Origin: Patescibacteria group bacterium
Lineage (GTDB): Bacteria; Patescibacteriota; Minisyncoccia; Phycocordibacterales; SBAW01
Direction of reading: 5' to 3'
NCBI GenBank assembly: GCA_019752125.1
Contig: JAIEMM010000012.1
Span: forward strand, 3,437 to 67,436
Length of the DNA: 64,000 nucleotides
Shown: positions 47,052-57,931 of the stretch, one piece after another
Numbering within the stretch: the stretch's first letter is position 1
How the letters are laid out: each line of letters opens with the position of its first letter
Notes under the pieces: generated by a model
What the model saw: the letters and a program-made list of their open reading frames with translations, nothing else
Told to the model about the DNA's origin: nothing
Database searches by the model: none
Position numbers and translations under genes: made by a program

Positions 47052-49019
47052 ATGGCTGAACAAAAAAATCTCAAACATAGCGGGCAGAAAAAGGGCAATG
47101 GCAAGGTCCATTTACCAAAGATTCCAAAAAATTCTTTTTGGGTAAATGTTGCTACGACCGTTTTGATACTTCTTATACTTACAAGCGCGTATTCATACTT
47201 CACTGCAAGTAAAGAGAGTGCGCCAGAGGTTATTCCTGTATCGCAGCTTGCGCAAGATATACAGTCGGGCAAAGTTTCGCAGATAACGGTAAGCGGTGAC
47301 GAGCTCACCATCAACTACGCACCTGTTGGAGAAGCTGCCTCTGTAAAAAAGATTTCTAAAAAAGAACCTGACGCTGCACTTACTGAGACGCTCAACAACT
47401 ACGGAGTTTCAAAAGATTCTCTCGACAAAGTAACAATTAGTATTGAGCGCCAGAGCGGCTGGCAGTACTGGCTCGGTATTCTTGCGCCCTTTGTTGCGCC
47501 ACTGCTTTTGATTGCATTCTTTGTATGGTATCTCTCTCGCCAAGTAAAAGGGGCGGGCATGCAGGCATTTTCTTTCGGCCAGTCAAAACACCGAGTCATA
47601 GACCCAAACGACAAATCTCAGAAAGTTACATTTAAAGATGTTGCGGGTGCGAAAGAAGCGAAAATAGAATTGCTGGAAATTGTGGACTTCTTGAAGAATC
47701 CTAAAAAATTCTTAGACATTGGTGCGCGTATTCCAAAAGGCATCTTGCTTATGGGCCCTGCTGGTACCGGTAAAACATTGCTCGCCCGTGCGGTGGCAGG
47801 GGAGGCAGGTGTGCCGTTCTACTCCATCTCTGGTTCTGAATTCGTTGAAATGTTTGTAGGTGTCGGCGCATCACGCGTACGCGATTTGTTCCATATGGCA
47901 AAGCACGCAGCACCTGCAATTATCTTTGTTGATGAAATTGATGCGGTCGGCCGTGTCCGTGGTACAGGTGTGGGTGGCGGTAACGATGAGCGCGAACAAA
48001 CTCTCAACCAGATTCTTGTTGAAATGGACGGCTTTGAGCCGAATGAAAAAGTTATAGTCATGGCGGCAACGAACCGCCCAGACGTACTCGACCCAGCGCT
48101 TGTGCGCCCGGGCCGCTTTGACCGCCGCGTTGCAATTGATTTGCCTGACCGCCAAGACAGAAAAGATATTTTGACAACTCACGCGCGCAAAAAACCGCTT
48201 GCAGAGGACGTAAACTTGGAAGTTATTGCAGAGAGAACCCCTGGTTTTTCTGGCGCAGACTTGGCAAACCTTATGAACGAAGCGGCAATTCTTGCTGCAC
48301 GTGAAGGTCGTAAGACGGTCGCGCAATTTGACCTCGTTCGCTCAATAGAAAAAGTGATGCTCGGACCGGAGCGCAAGTCGCATGTAATGAATGCGAAAGA
48401 AAAAGAGATCACTGCGTACCACGAAGCAGGCCACGCTATTGTTGCCTCGCTCTTGCCGCACGCAGACCCAGTACACAAAATCTCTATCATTTCTCGCGGC
48501 CGCGCAGCAGGGTATACGCTCAAGCTTCCATTTGAAGACAAGCGCATGCAGAGCAAGAAAGAATTCCTCGACGACATCGCAATGTCACTTGGTGGCTATG
48601 TTGCTGAAAAGACTGTGTTTGATGATGTAACCACAGGCCCTTCAAACGACCTCCAGGTTTCAAGTGCCTTGGCACGCGACATGGTGACGCGCTACGGCAT
48701 GTCAGAGAAAGTTGGAACTGTTGCGCTTGAAGGCGCTGATGGCCGCGCACTCTTTGGTGCGGGCGTAAACGGAAAAGAATATTCTGAAAAGGTATCTGCG
48801 GAGATAGATGGGGAAGTGAAGCGCATTATGGACGAGGCATACAAAAAAGCCCAGCACATAATCGACACACATCGCCCGCTCCTTAACGCTATCGCACATC
48901 GCTTGGTAGAAGTTGAGACTCTCGAACGCGAAGAGTTTGAAACTATCCTCGTCGCTCACGGCGTCACTCCAAAAAAGAAACAAGAAATAGAAGTAAAGCC
49001 AGTTACGGTTAACTTCTAA
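47052..49019 (+). CDS. ftsH: ATP-dependent zinc metalloprotease FtsH
   Basis: AAA Walker [13 protein letters not shown] zinc motif. Confidence 0.9.
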   Translation: MAEQKNLKHSGQKKGNGKVHLPKIPKNSFWVNVATTVLILLILTSAYSYFTASKESAPEVIPVSQLAQDIQSGKVSQITVSGDELTINYAPVGEAASVKKISKKEPDAALTETLNNYGVSKDSLDKVTISIERQSGWQYWLGILAPFVAPLLLIAFFVWYLSRQVKGAGMQAFSFGQSKHRVIDPNDKSQKVTFKDVAGAKEAKIELLEIVDFLKNPKKFLDIGARIPKGILLMGPAGTGKTLLARAVAGEAGVPFYSISGSEFVEMFVGVGASRVRDLFHMAKHAAPAIIFVDEIDAVGRVRGTGVGGGNDEREQTLNQILVEMDGFEPNEKVIVMAATNRPDVLDPALVRPGRFDRRVAIDLPDRQDRKDILTTHARKKPLAEDVNLEVIAERTPGFSGADLANLMNEAAILAAREGRKTVAQFDLVRSIEKVMLGPERKSHVMNAKEKEITAYHEAGHAIVASLLPHADPVHKISIISRGRAAGYTLKLPFEDKRMQSKKEFLDDIAMSLGGYVAEKTVFDDVTTGPSNDLQVSSALARDMVTRYGMSEKVGTVALEGADGRALFGAGVNGKEYSEKVSAEIDGEVKRIMDEAYKKAQHIIDTHRPLLNAIAHRLVEVETLEREEFETILVAHGVTPKKKQEIEVKPVTVNF

Positions 49020-49021
49020 AA

Positions 49022-49058
49022 AGAAAACACCATCCTTAAGGATGGTGTTTTCTTTTCT
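49022..49058. terminator. bidirectional terminator (aaaacaccatcc-ttaa-ggatggtgtttt)
   Basis: 12-bp stem. Confidence 0.75.
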
Positions 49059-49061
49059 CTG

Positions 49062-49133
49062 TGGGCGCGGAAGGGATCGAACCTTCGACCATTCGTGTAT
49101 AAGACGAACGCTCTACCACTGAGCTACGCGCCC
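49062..49133 (-). tRNA. tRNA-Ile, anticodon UAU (AUA-decoding)
   Basis: GGGCGCG acceptor, GCTC/GAGC D-stem, anticodon arm TTCGT-CTTATAC-ACGAA, T-arm GAAGG-TTCGATC-CCTTC; CCA not encoded. Confidence 0.7.
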
Positions 49134-49207
49134 CAATGCAAAGATAGTAACCCATTGTGCTTTAGTTGTCTTGGGTCTAGACTTTTAGAAGAAGAAAGGA
49201 GGCCGCC

Positions 49208-49549
49208 GTGCGGCACATTATCAGGCCAAAAGGTACTGTCGAAGCCTTCCTTGAAGGTCCGGTTTCTGGGCACTTGGTGGAGATGGGTGTGCTCGTTTTT
49301 TGCGGGTTCATTGCTGAGTGTGCGGCTATGCTCGAGGATTTCTCTAAAGGAGATGCGTTTATTCTCACCCTCCTCGCGCTGCTTCTACTCGCATTGTGGC
49401 TGGTGCCAGCCTTCGCTCGCCTCAGTCATCGTATCGAACACCCTTCGTGGTACAAGCGTGACAAGATCGTCACTCACGTCACGTACGAAGACGGCAAAGA
49501 GATCAAGCGGAAAGCACGCGGCTCGTTCGCCGATATGTACGAGGAGTAA
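49208..49549 (+). CDS. hypothetical small membrane protein
   Basis: GTG start with aaggagg RBS; two TM helices; terminator follows. Confidence 0.45.
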   Translation: MRHIIRPKGTVEAFLEGPVSGHLVEMGVLVFCGFIAECAAMLEDFSKGDAFILTLLALLLLALWLVPAFARLSHRIEHPSWYKRDKIVTHVTYEDGKEIKRKARGSFADMYEE

Positions 49550-49595
49550 GAATCCTTTCTGTCCTCACGATAGGCCCCTCAAGGGCCTTTTCTTT

Positions 49596-51857
49596 TTATT
49601 CAAAATGCACGGCGTTCGCGCGAGCAAAGAGTGCGTGCTGGAGTAGAGGATACTTTTTCAAGTTCTCTTCGCCAGCTGGCGAATTTATTAATTTAAGCGC
49701 TTCTGTGCGTGCAGCTTCTACAAGTTTTAGATTTTTCAACGCTTCCATTCCAATGTCGGAGATGCCCCATTGTTTGCGGCCGGAGAGTTCGCCAGGACCG
49801 CGCTGGAGCAGATCTTGTTCTGCAAGTTCAAATCCATTTTTTGCAGTCACTAAGGCTTTAAGTCGTGCGAGTGTAGTTTCGCCCGTCCGCCGGCCGGCGG
49901 ATTCAGGGCAGACGAAACAATATGCTTGATGGTTTGAACGCACCACGCGGCCGCGAAGCTGGTGGAGTTGGGCCAGCCCAAAGCGTTCTGCGCCTTCAAT
50001 AAATATCATCGTTGCGTTGGGGACGTTCACGCCCACTTCAACCACTGAGGTTGCAACTAAAATATCTATCTCGTGGTCAGAAAACTTTTTCATCACTTCG
50101 TCTTTTTCCTTCGGCGTCATTTTGCTGTGCAAAATTCCAATCTCGTATTCTGTAAAGACTTTTTCTTTAAGGCGTTTCGCTTCTGCTTTTACCGACTTTG
50201 CCTGAAGTGCAAACGCTTTGTCTGGGTCCGGTTCATCGATGCGCGGACAAATAACATATGCCTGACGACCTTCTTTCAACTGCTCGTGAATTTTTGCATA
50301 CGCCTCGCCGCGTTTTTCTGGCTTAACAATTTCTGTAATGATTCGCTTGCGGCCAGCAGGCATTTCATCAAGGAGGGTCAGATCGAGGTCTCCATATATA
50401 GTCAGTGCAAGGGTGCGAGGAATAGGTGTGGCGGTCATTGAAAGCAGGTGGGGAAGAACTACATCTTTCGTCGCTAGCTTCTGTCGCTGTGCCGTGCCGA
50501 AGCGATGCTGTTCGTCTATGACAACGAGCGCTAAGTGTTTAAATTTTACGGATTTTTGAATAAGGGCATGCGTGCCTATGAGCACAGGAATTTCACCGTT
50601 CGCCACCCATTTTAAAAGTTGGGTGCGGGAGATCGTTGTTGATTTACCGCGTCCAATTTTTGAAGGGAATTTATAACATCCGCTTCCTGTAATAAGCCCG
50701 ATGTTTATAGGAAATGTTTCAAAGTATTTTATAAACGATTCAAAATGCTGTTTCGCCAAAATTTCGGTTGGCGCCATATATGCAACCTGTAGTGTTCCAA
50801 AATTTTGCTTTGCGGGGCGGGTACGCACTGCAGCATATGCGGCGGTAGCTGCAACGGCGGTTTTACCTGAACCCACATCGCCTTCAAGCAGGCGCGACAT
50901 AGGATGGCCGCTTCGCATGTCTTCCAAAATAGCCTCTATAGCTTTTTGTTGCGCGTTCGTTGCTTGGAAGGGGAATGTCCCAATAAAGTCATTAATTGCT
51001 TGTGTGGGCGCATCAACAGCAAAGCTTTTTTCTTTGAGTTGCTTGCGGCGTTCTATACCGCGCTCGAGCTGGATCATAAACACCTCTTCAAATGCAAAGC
51101 GCTTTTTTGCCGCTCCAAAATCTTTTAGCTTCTCCGGCGCATGGATCCACACAAGAGCTGTCTTTAATGTGGGCAGGTTGTAGCGTTTTAAAATCTCTGG
51201 CGGAATAGGATCTTCGGCTGCTTCTACTGCGCCTTCGGCAATTAATTTCTTGATCGCATGCCTAAACCAAAGAGATGTAATACCTTTCGTTTCTGGGTAG
51301 ATTGCAAAGAAAGCCTGCGCAGAATCAAGCTTCCCGGAACGCGGAGAATTCTCTGCTAAGAATTCTCCTACGTACGGCGCCGTCGCGCCTCCCTGCATTC
51401 CGGATAAACTTGTTTCCTGCGCAGGCTTGGAAAAAATTCCAACTTCCTCTAAAGAAATTTTTTCTAACTGAGGGTTTGCAAGGTAGAGTTTTCCAGCCGA
51501 GCCAGTCACTTTGCCTGTTGCTTTTACATGCGTCCCTTCCGCATACATCTTTGCAATGTAGGGCTGGTTAAACCACATCAGCTTAACCCGTCCGCTTTGA
51601 TCGCGAAGATATCCTTCTGACATGGGGATTTTACTTCTCCATGATTTTTTCGTTACCAATTTTTCAAGCGTTCCAACAAGTGTAACTTCTTGTCCTATCG
51701 CAAGTTGGCCTACATTAGATTCTCCCCCTGCTTGGTCAAAGCGGGCAGGGAAATGGTACAGAAGGTCGCGAACTGTCTTAATAGCAAGCTTTTTAAGCGC
51801 TAGTCTTTGGAGTTCAGTTAGGCGGAAATGTTCGGAGAGTTGGTCGTTTGGAGTCAC
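49596..51857 (-). CDS. recG: ATP-dependent DNA helicase RecG
   Basis: 753 aa; wedge N-domain, DEQHRFG helicase motifs. Confidence 0.9.
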   Translation of the reverse strand: MTPNDQLSEHFRLTELQRLALKKLAIKTVRDLLYHFPARFDQAGGESNVGQLAIGQEVTLVGTLEKLVTKKSWRSKIPMSEGYLRDQSGRVKLMWFNQPYIAKMYAEGTHVKATGKVTGSAGKLYLANPQLEKISLEEVGIFSKPAQETSLSGMQGGATAPYVGEFLAENSPRSGKLDSAQAFFAIYPETKGITSLWFRHAIKKLIAEGAVEAAEDPIPPEILKRYNLPTLKTALVWIHAPEKLKDFGAAKKRFAFEEVFMIQLERGIERRKQLKEKSFAVDAPTQAINDFIGTFPFQATNAQQKAIEAILEDMRSGHPMSRLLEGDVGSGKTAVAATAAYAAVRTRPAKQNFGTLQVAYMAPTEILAKQHFESFIKYFETFPINIGLITGSGCYKFPSKIGRGKSTTISRTQLLKWVANGEIPVLIGTHALIQKSVKFKHLALVVIDEQHRFGTAQRQKLATKDVVLPHLLSMTATPIPRTLALTIYGDLDLTLLDEMPAGRKRIITEIVKPEKRGEAYAKIHEQLKEGRQAYVICPRIDEPDPDKAFALQAKSVKAEAKRLKEKVFTEYEIGILHSKMTPKEKDEVMKKFSDHEIDILVATSVVEVGVNVPNATMIFIEGAERFGLAQLHQLRGRVVRSNHQAYCFVCPESAGRRTGETTLARLKALVTAKNGFELAEQDLLQRGPGELSGRKQWGISDIGMEALKNLKLVEAARTEALKLINSPAGEENLKKYPLLQHALFARANAVHFE

Positions 51858-51916
51858 TGATATATTATAGGCGCAACCCCTCGACTTCGCTCGGGGTAAA
51901 TTTTTAGGAAAAATTT

Positions 51917-53059
51917 ATGAAAAAAACCGACACTGCTAAGAAGGCTATTGCGTTACACAAGAAATGGGGTGGAAAAATTCGTATCTCACCAACAACTCCT
52001 ATCAAAAATCGCGAAGATATGTCACTGGCCTACACGCCCGGTGTTGCGGCAGTATCTATGCTTGTCGCAAAAAACAAAAAACTTGCGCGTGAATACACAA
52101 TAAAAGGAAAGATGATCGCTGTTATTTCAGACGGCTCGGCAGTGCTAGGCCTTGGCAACATTGGTGCGCTCGGTGCACTTCCTGTTATGGAAGGGAAGGC
52201 GGCGCTTTTTAAGACCTTTGCAAACGTAGATGCGTTTCCAATTGTTCTAGACACTCAGAACGTAGATGAAATTGTAAAAACAATAATTAACATCGCGCCT
52301 GCGTTTGGCGGCATAAACTTAGAAGATTTTGCTGCGCCTAATTGTTTTGAAATAGAAGACCGCGTAAAAGCAGCGCTCGATATTCCTGTTATGCACGACG
52401 ACCAGCACGGCACTGCTATTGCCGTACTTGCTGCGCTTATCAATGCGGCCAAGGTTGTTAAAAAAGATTTTAAAACATTAAAAGTAGTTGTTGCTGGTGC
52501 GGGTGCTGCAGGTACAGCAGTAACAAAGCTTCTGCTTAAAGCAGGAGTACGCGACGTGATTGTACTCGACCGTAAAGGAACTCTCTCCAAGAAGCGAACA
52601 GACCTTTCAGGCCACAAGAAAGAATTGGCTGCTAAAACTAATCCACGCGGTGTTGACGGGACTTTGCAGGACGCACTTACGGGGGCAGATGTAGTACTTG
52701 GTGTGTCTGGTCCTGGCCTTATGAGCGCATCCGATGTGCGTTTGATGGCAAAAAACCCAATCGTGTTTGCGATGGCAAACCCAACTCCAGAGATAATGCC
52801 GGAAGAGGCAAAGAAGGGTGGGGCGGCAGTTATTGGAACTGGCCGCAGCGACTATCCAAACCAAATAAACAACTCACTGGTATTCCCAGGAGTGTTCCGT
52901 GGCGCACTCGATAACAAAGTTACGAAAATTACTGATGATATGAAACTCAAGGCTGCAAAAAATCTCGCAGCGCTCGTCAAAAAACCAACGGCGGACAAAA
53001 TTGTCCCAGGGCCGTTCGACAAAGGGGTAGTGGAAGCGGTTGCAAAGGCAATAAAATAA
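51917..53059 (+). CDS. NAD(P)-dependent malic enzyme (short bacterial type)
   Basis: ...AYTPGVA...VISDGSAVLGLGNIGALGALPVMEGKAALFK... Confidence 0.85.
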   Translation: MKKTDTAKKAIALHKKWGGKIRISPTTPIKNREDMSLAYTPGVAAVSMLVAKNKKLAREYTIKGKMIAVISDGSAVLGLGNIGALGALPVMEGKAALFKTFANVDAFPIVLDTQNVDEIVKTIINIAPAFGGINLEDFAAPNCFEIEDRVKAALDIPVMHDDQHGTAIAVLAALINAAKVVKKDFKTLKVVVAGAGAAGTAVTKLLLKAGVRDVIVLDRKGTLSKKRTDLSGHKKELAAKTNPRGVDGTLQDALTGADVVLGVSGPGLMSASDVRLMAKNPIVFAMANPTPEIMPEEAKKGGAAVIGTGRSDYPNQINNSLVFPGVFRGALDNKVTKITDDMKLKAAKNLAALVKKPTADKIVPGPFDKGVVEAVAKAIK

Positions 53060-53106
53060 TCTACAGTATACGAGGCTATAGATCTCGAGCCAGAAAGAGA
53101 GGGAAG

Positions 53107-53499
53107 GTGGGCAATTCTACCCTGACTGACGTAACTGAGAAGAGGCACGACAATGTGCTCCCGAACTCCTATTATCGGGCAGAGTACGCGCAACTCATGG
53201 CAGAGGCATTTGATGCGGCTGCGAATGCCCTGCACGATATGGCTGACAAGATGCGGATGAATCCGAACGGGATGTTGGCGAAGGCGTTCCACCCGACCGT
53301 CATCGGAATGGATCCGGCTCTGGCGGCTGTGTTCGAAATTGGCTATGTGCCTGGCGACCCTCAGAGGGTCGTAGTAAAGGGGGTGACCCGTGTGGTCCAG
53401 GCCGAGCTTGGTTTCCGAGCTGTGTGGACGGCAAGCACCGAGGACGGCGTTACCCTCGGCACCATAGTGCCTCTCCCCGACAACTCCTTTGGAGGGTAA
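53107..53499 (+). CDS. hypothetical protein (130 aa)
   Basis: ATG ORF with own terminator (53508-53537); no recognisable domain. Confidence 0.4.
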   Translation: MGNSTLTDVTEKRHDNVLPNSYYRAEYAQLMAEAFDAAANALHDMADKMRMNPNGMLAKAFHPTVIGMDPALAAVFEIGYVPGDPQRVVVKGVTRVVQAELGFRAVWTASTEDGVTLGTIVPLPDNSFGG

Positions 53500-53572
53500 C
53501 TTCAAGAGTCCGTGCAATGCACGGACCTTTTCTTTTTCACAAAAAGAAATCCCCGGAGATGTGCTCCGGGGG

Positions 53573-53908
53573 TTAGCGCGCTTGCAGCCGTCGATCAATC
53601 TCGTACTTCCAGGCCGCGTCGAGCATCGTAGCGTGCGTTCTATTTGAACAGATAAAACCAAGCATGGCGTCCATTTCACCCTTCAACGCAAGGCGTTCTA
53701 CGCCTGCGTCGTGGCTACCATAGAGCTGGCCCAGAATGCATTTGCTGGTGGTCGACGTGTCGAGCTTCTTGGTATCGATACGTTTATACCACTCGGAATC
53801 CTTCGAATCGAGTACCGCTGCGCCGCCGACGGCGAGCGTGTTTGCAACGTACCGCTCGCGGCCTTCGTGGCCTATACCAAGTTCGCGCAGTTCCATTTCT
53901 GTCAGCAT
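53573..53908 (-). CDS. hypothetical protein (111 aa)
   Basis: Internal ATG 53908 with ggagagga RBS; minus-strand terminator 53541-53571 of the 'aaaagaaatcccc...gggg' family. Confidence 0.4.
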   Translation of the reverse strand: MLTEMELRELGIGHEGRERYVANTLAVGGAAVLDSKDSEWYKRIDTKKLDTSTTSKCILGQLYGSHDAGVERLALKGEMDAMLGFICSNRTHATMLDAAWKYEIDRRLQAR

Positions 53909-53996
53909 TACCAAATCCTCTCCAATGAATCCAAAAAGACTATACACAACTCTTATATATTTGTCTTCTTTAAATAAAAAAGAACCCCGGAGGGTT

Positions 53997-54386
53997 CTAG
54001 AATCTGTTCGCGTCTTTGTAGTTCTGTGCAAAATGTGCAACATCGAACGTGCCGGACACCGTGCTGTAGTAGAGCACGAGATATCTTGCGATCACTTCAC
54101 GAATGGGACCTACGCTGTGGAGTTCTCCCTGCGCGGCGATGTAGACAAACACGGCGCGACAGAGCCGGTATTGATTCACCATTTCGTGCAGACTGGTGCG
54201 CTTGAACAGCACAACCACCTGATTGTAAGGAATCATGCGATCATACAGGTCAGCCGCAATCTCCTCGCGCTGCTGGGCGCGTAAGGCGGCCCACTGAGTC
54301 GCTCTATTCTCCACGACTCCCCACTGCTCTACATAGGCGCAGAGTTTCCCCCAGTTCTCCTGGACTCCCACCAGATCTCTTTCCAT
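53997..54386 (-). CDS. hypothetical protein (129 aa)
   Basis: ORF with terminator-like hairpin (aaccccggagggtt) just downstream of its stop; no recognisable domain. Confidence 0.4.
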   Translation of the reverse strand: MERDLVGVQENWGKLCAYVEQWGVVENRATQWAALRAQQREEIAADLYDRMIPYNQVVVLFKRTSLHEMVNQYRLCRAVFVYIAAQGELHSVGPIREVIARYLVLYYSTVSGTFDVAHFAQNYKDANRF

Positions 54387-54503
54387 GTGATGTACCCTCT
54401 ATGGTTGCCGAGAGTGAGGGTACCACCATGTTGTATTAAATTCCAGTTAGTTTCGTTTTAGGCGTAAAAATGATAAGGTTGTGTGTGTTCGCGCTCAATA
54501 CAA

Positions 54504-54593
<90 letters not shown>

Positions 54594-54595
54594 GG

Positions 54596-54662
54596 ACAAT
54601 TTTTTATCGGCATGACCCGCAGTGTTGCGAGCAAGCTGTGACCCGAGTGCCTAAAAAATTGT
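54596..54662. repeat. inverted repeat (acaatttttta / taaaaaattgt, 11-bp arms) directly 3' of tRNA-Ser: candidate att site
   Basis: Arms flank a 45-bp GC-rich core between tRNA and recombinase. Confidence 0.35.
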
Positions 54663-54665
54663 AAC

Positions 54666-54696
54666 AAAAAAGAACGATTTCGATCGTTCTTTTTTG
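54666..54696. terminator. bidirectional terminator (gaacgat-ttcg-atcgttc with A- and T-runs)
   Basis: Read directly; serves the tRNA and the convergent recombinase. Confidence 0.7.
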
Positions 54697-54702
54697 TTTA
54701 CT

Positions 54703-56055
54703 CTACTCCTCAAGCATCGTTATCTTTTTGTCTTTGTAGTTCAGTCTGCTTCGTAGGTTGGCGAGTAATTCTCTTTTGTCTGATGTGCTTCCTTCTTTGA
54801 GTAGGTACTTTGCGTATTGCCTGATATTCACATCGTCCTCCTCCACCAGTGAGTTGCCTGATTTTCCATTCACTATCTTTTGCAGTTTGTTGAATCGCCG
54901 TATTTCATCTTCGAGCTTTTGCCTCATGCCCAGCTCGTTAATATTTACGATGTCTATTATTTTCAATAGCTCATCTATCAGCTCTTCCTCACGAATGTAC
55001 TTGTTCTTGCAGTTTCTGTCTCGTGCACGACTGCATCCGTAGTAGATGTAGTGTGCCGATGTGCCGTCTTTGAGTGGTTTCCACTTCTCTTCTGCCGATA
55101 TACCACTCTGGCAGTATCCGCAGGTAAATAATTTCGTGAAGGCGAACTCTTTATTCTCACGCACTATCTGGTCGCGTTTCAGTTGTGCTTGAGCTTTCTC
55201 AAACAACTCTTGAGTGATGAGCGGTGTATGTTTGCCTTGATACCAGTTTCCACTTTCTCGCGGATATTCAAATGGTCCGTAGTAGAAGGGATTATCGAGT
55301 ATGCGGTACACACCACTTAGCGTCAGTGGTTTGTTTCCGCGTGTATGAAAGTTCAGTTCAAACTTTAGCCAGTTGTATATCTTTCTCCCCGAATAGCGTT
55401 CGTACGAGACTTTCTCGAACATTTTCTTTACTATCGGTGCGCGTAGGGTATCGACTGCAATCTGGCACTTCTTGTCCATTAACTTTTGGTTCAAGTATCC
55501 GAGTGGTGCCACCCCAGGCCATAGTCCCATCTCCACCCTCGTTCGTAGTCCGCGCTTTACGTTGATACCTCGGTTGTCATTCTCTAGCTTTGCCTGTGAC
55601 CCCAGAATCATCAACAGGAATTTCTCACTCGGGCTATTGGTGAACCGTTGTCCGAAGGTACGTATCTCCACCAATAACTTTGCGTCCATCAAGTCCACTA
55701 TCTTTCCGAGGTCGCCAGCATTTCTGCTGATACGATCTGGTGCCCACGTCAGTATTCCCGTGAACTTGCCTTGTCGTATTTCCTCGATAATCTCGTTGAA
55801 GACAGGACGTTGCCCCGTCTCTTTTGCCGAGTGTGATTCTCTCTTGATTTCGACAATCTCAAGACCCTCGCGTTCTGCGAGTTGAATCATCTCTTTTATC
55901 TGACTATCTATAGAGAGGATTTGTCGCTCCTCACTTTCGGTCGACTTTCTCGCATAGAGGCAGTACTTAATGATAGGAGCTGGCTCAGCCTGCCTCACGC
56001 CGAGGTTAGTCCTTGATGTTGTTGTTTTTTCCATACAACACAAGGAATGACGCAA
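54703..56055 (-). CDS. large serine recombinase
   Basis: 450 aa; YARKSTESEE catalytic Ser region, recombinase domain, Cys zinc ribbon, C-terminal coiled coil. Confidence 0.85.
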   Translation of the reverse strand: MRHSLCCMEKTTTSRTNLGVRQAEPAPIIKYCLYARKSTESEERQILSIDSQIKEMIQLAEREGLEIVEIKRESHSAKETGQRPVFNEIIEEIRQGKFTGILTWAPDRISRNAGDLGKIVDLMDAKLLVEIRTFGQRFTNSPSEKFLLMILGSQAKLENDNRGINVKRGLRTRVEMGLWPGVAPLGYLNQKLMDKKCQIAVDTLRAPIVKKMFEKVSYERYSGRKIYNWLKFELNFHTRGNKPLTLSGVYRILDNPFYYGPFEYPRESGNWYQGKHTPLITQELFEKAQAQLKRDQIVRENKEFAFTKLFTCGYCQSGISAEEKWKPLKDGTSAHYIYYGCSRARDRNCKNKYIREEELIDELLKIIDIVNINELGMRQKLEDEIRRFNKLQKIVNGKSGNSLVEEDDVNIRQYAKYLLKEGSTSDKRELLANLRSRLNYKDKKITMLEE

Positions 56056-56170
56056 AGCCTTCTAGGAGTCCAGAGCGTCCCAAATGCCCAAGTGTTGGTA
56101 ACTAGAACGCCGTATTTCTGCTAAGATTTTGGACTTTTCCTCGTGTAAAAATTCGGCTATACTGTTGGTA

Positions 56171-56584
56171 ATGACTTTCCAGAGCACTGCCAAAATACTT
56201 CTCCTTTTTGGACTTGCCACGTTCCTATTTTTGGGAGTCTTTGGTATGCCGCACTCGATGATCATGGGTCCGGATGGAAACATGACAATGTCGAACTGTC
56301 CGTTTATGTCGGGGCAAGCTGCTGTATGCAACATGAATCCCCTCGAACACATCGCTGCGTGGCAGAGCATGTTCACGAGCACATTCCAGCAAAATGGCTC
56401 GACCTTGATTTTGTTGCTGTTGGCCGCACTCGCCCTTGCGCTTGTTTGGACTAGATTACGATGGCCTACTTCTCAAAGAGCGCTTCGGCCGCTATTCCGT
56501 ATCGCGCGTAGAGAAACATATCTACCGCCGCCACTTCTACAGGAGCTTTTTTCAAACGGCATCTTAAATCCGAAGGTTTTCTAA
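56171..56584 (+). CDS. Met/Cys-rich membrane protein (possible Cu(I)-binding)
   Basis: TM anchor, MPHSMIMGPDGNMTMSNCPFMSGQAAVCNMNPLEH Met-rich motif, second TM. Confidence 0.4.
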   Translation: MTFQSTAKILLLFGLATFLFLGVFGMPHSMIMGPDGNMTMSNCPFMSGQAAVCNMNPLEHIAAWQSMFTSTFQQNGSTLILLLLAALALALVWTRLRWPTSQRALRPLFRIARRETYLPPPLLQELFSNGILNPKVF

Positions 56585-56653
56585 CAACGTCTTTCTGCGA
56601 CTGCACAGCTTGGTTGTGCAGTCTTTATTATTTGCAGTAATTAACGTCATTAC

Positions 56654-57379
56654 ATGGAAACCGAATCGAAAAAGTTTAGTCTCTCAACACCTGTAGCGAT
56701 AGTCATTGCCGGTGCCTTCGTTGCCGTCGCACTGTTCTTTGGTATGCGAGGGACTCCCTCGACTGGCTCATTGCCTCAACAGCCACAGGCAGCCGCACAA
56801 CAAACCGGAGACCTTGAGCAAATGAGGGCGATTACAAGTGCGGATCACATTCGAGGCGATACAAACGCACCAGTTAAAATCGTCGAGTATTCGGACCCGG
56901 AGTGTCCGTTCTGCAAGCGATTCCACGACACCATGAAGCAAATCATGGATGAATACGGCAAGGACGGGAAAGTAGCATGGGTGTACCGAAACTTTCCGCT
57001 CGATCAACTTCACCCTAAGGCCCGCAATGAGGCTACAGCTATTGAGTGTGCCGGAGAGCTCGGCGGCAATGACAAATTCTGGGCGTACGCAGACCGGCTC
57101 TACGAAGTGACGCCATCAAACAATGGACTCGATCCGATGGAACTTCACAACATCGCGCAATACGTTGGTCTTGATATGACGAAATTCAACACTTGTCTCA
57201 CAAGTAATAAGTTCTCTCAGCATATCGAGGACGATGTGCAAAATGCCACTGCAACGGGTGGCAACGGTACGCCGTGGAGTATTGTGGTCACGAAAAGCGG
57301 CAAGAAATATCCGCTCTCGGGTGCGCAGCCGTATGAGGCAGTGAAGCAGCTCATTGAGCTCGCGTTGAAGGACAAATGA
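56654..57379 (+). CDS. DsbA-like thioredoxin-fold thiol:disulfide oxidoreductase, membrane-anchored
   Basis: N-terminal TM; CPFC active site in thioredoxin-fold context. Confidence 0.7.
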   Translation: METESKKFSLSTPVAIVIAGAFVAVALFFGMRGTPSTGSLPQQPQAAAQQTGDLEQMRAITSADHIRGDTNAPVKIVEYSDPECPFCKRFHDTMKQIMDEYGKDGKVAWVYRNFPLDQLHPKARNEATAIECAGELGGNDKFWAYADRLYEVTPSNNGLDPMELHNIAQYVGLDMTKFNTCLTSNKFSQHIEDDVQNATATGGNGTPWSIVVTKSGKKYPLSGAQPYEAVKQLIELALKDK

Positions 57380-57382
57380 TCT

Positions 57383-57931
57383 ATGGAAGCATTCCGGATG
57401 GTCTTCAAAAATTGGAGATTTGCCGCTCTAGCGGCAGTCGTGAGTAGCACGGTCTTTGCTGTGGCAACCTGGCTTCCCAACACGCGTCTCTTGTGGTCCA
57501 TCTGGTCTGATGCATCGCTTCCAATCGCTGACAAACTGACATTCCCGATACGCCTACTTGAGTCGATAATCACCAACTTCACTACGCTCTCTGCGCTCTA
57601 CACGGTCGCGATTGCGCTTCTTGTAGGCATCAATATCGCATTCATTGCATATCTGATCCACCGACAACAGAAGCTTTCGCAATCTGGAGCGGTGGCCGGG
57701 ACATTCGGAATTCTCAGTGGGACTGTGGGGATGGGATGCGCCGCGTGCGGCTCGCTTATTCTTACATCTCTTCTCGGGACTGTCGGCGGAGCTGGTTTTG
57801 CAGCTGCGCTTCCCCTAAGAGGCGGCGAGTTTGGAATTATCGGTGTTGTACTTCTTAGCGCATCAACGTACTTCCTAGTAAAACAAATTACCAAGCCGCT
57901 CGTGTGCGAACCTGCAGATCTCAAAGCATGA
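57383..57931 (+). CDS. polytopic membrane protein with CAAC motif (possible DsbB/VKOR-like partner)
   Basis: 4-5 TM helices, GMGCAACGS; adjacency to the DsbA-like gene. Confidence 0.35.
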   Translation: MEAFRMVFKNWRFAALAAVVSSTVFAVATWLPNTRLLWSIWSDASLPIADKLTFPIRLLESIITNFTTLSALYTVAIALLVGINIAFIAYLIHRQQKLSQSGAVAGTFGILSGTVGMGCAACGSLILTSLLGTVGGAGFAAALPLRGGEFGIIGVVLLSASTYFLVKQITKPLVCEPADLKA

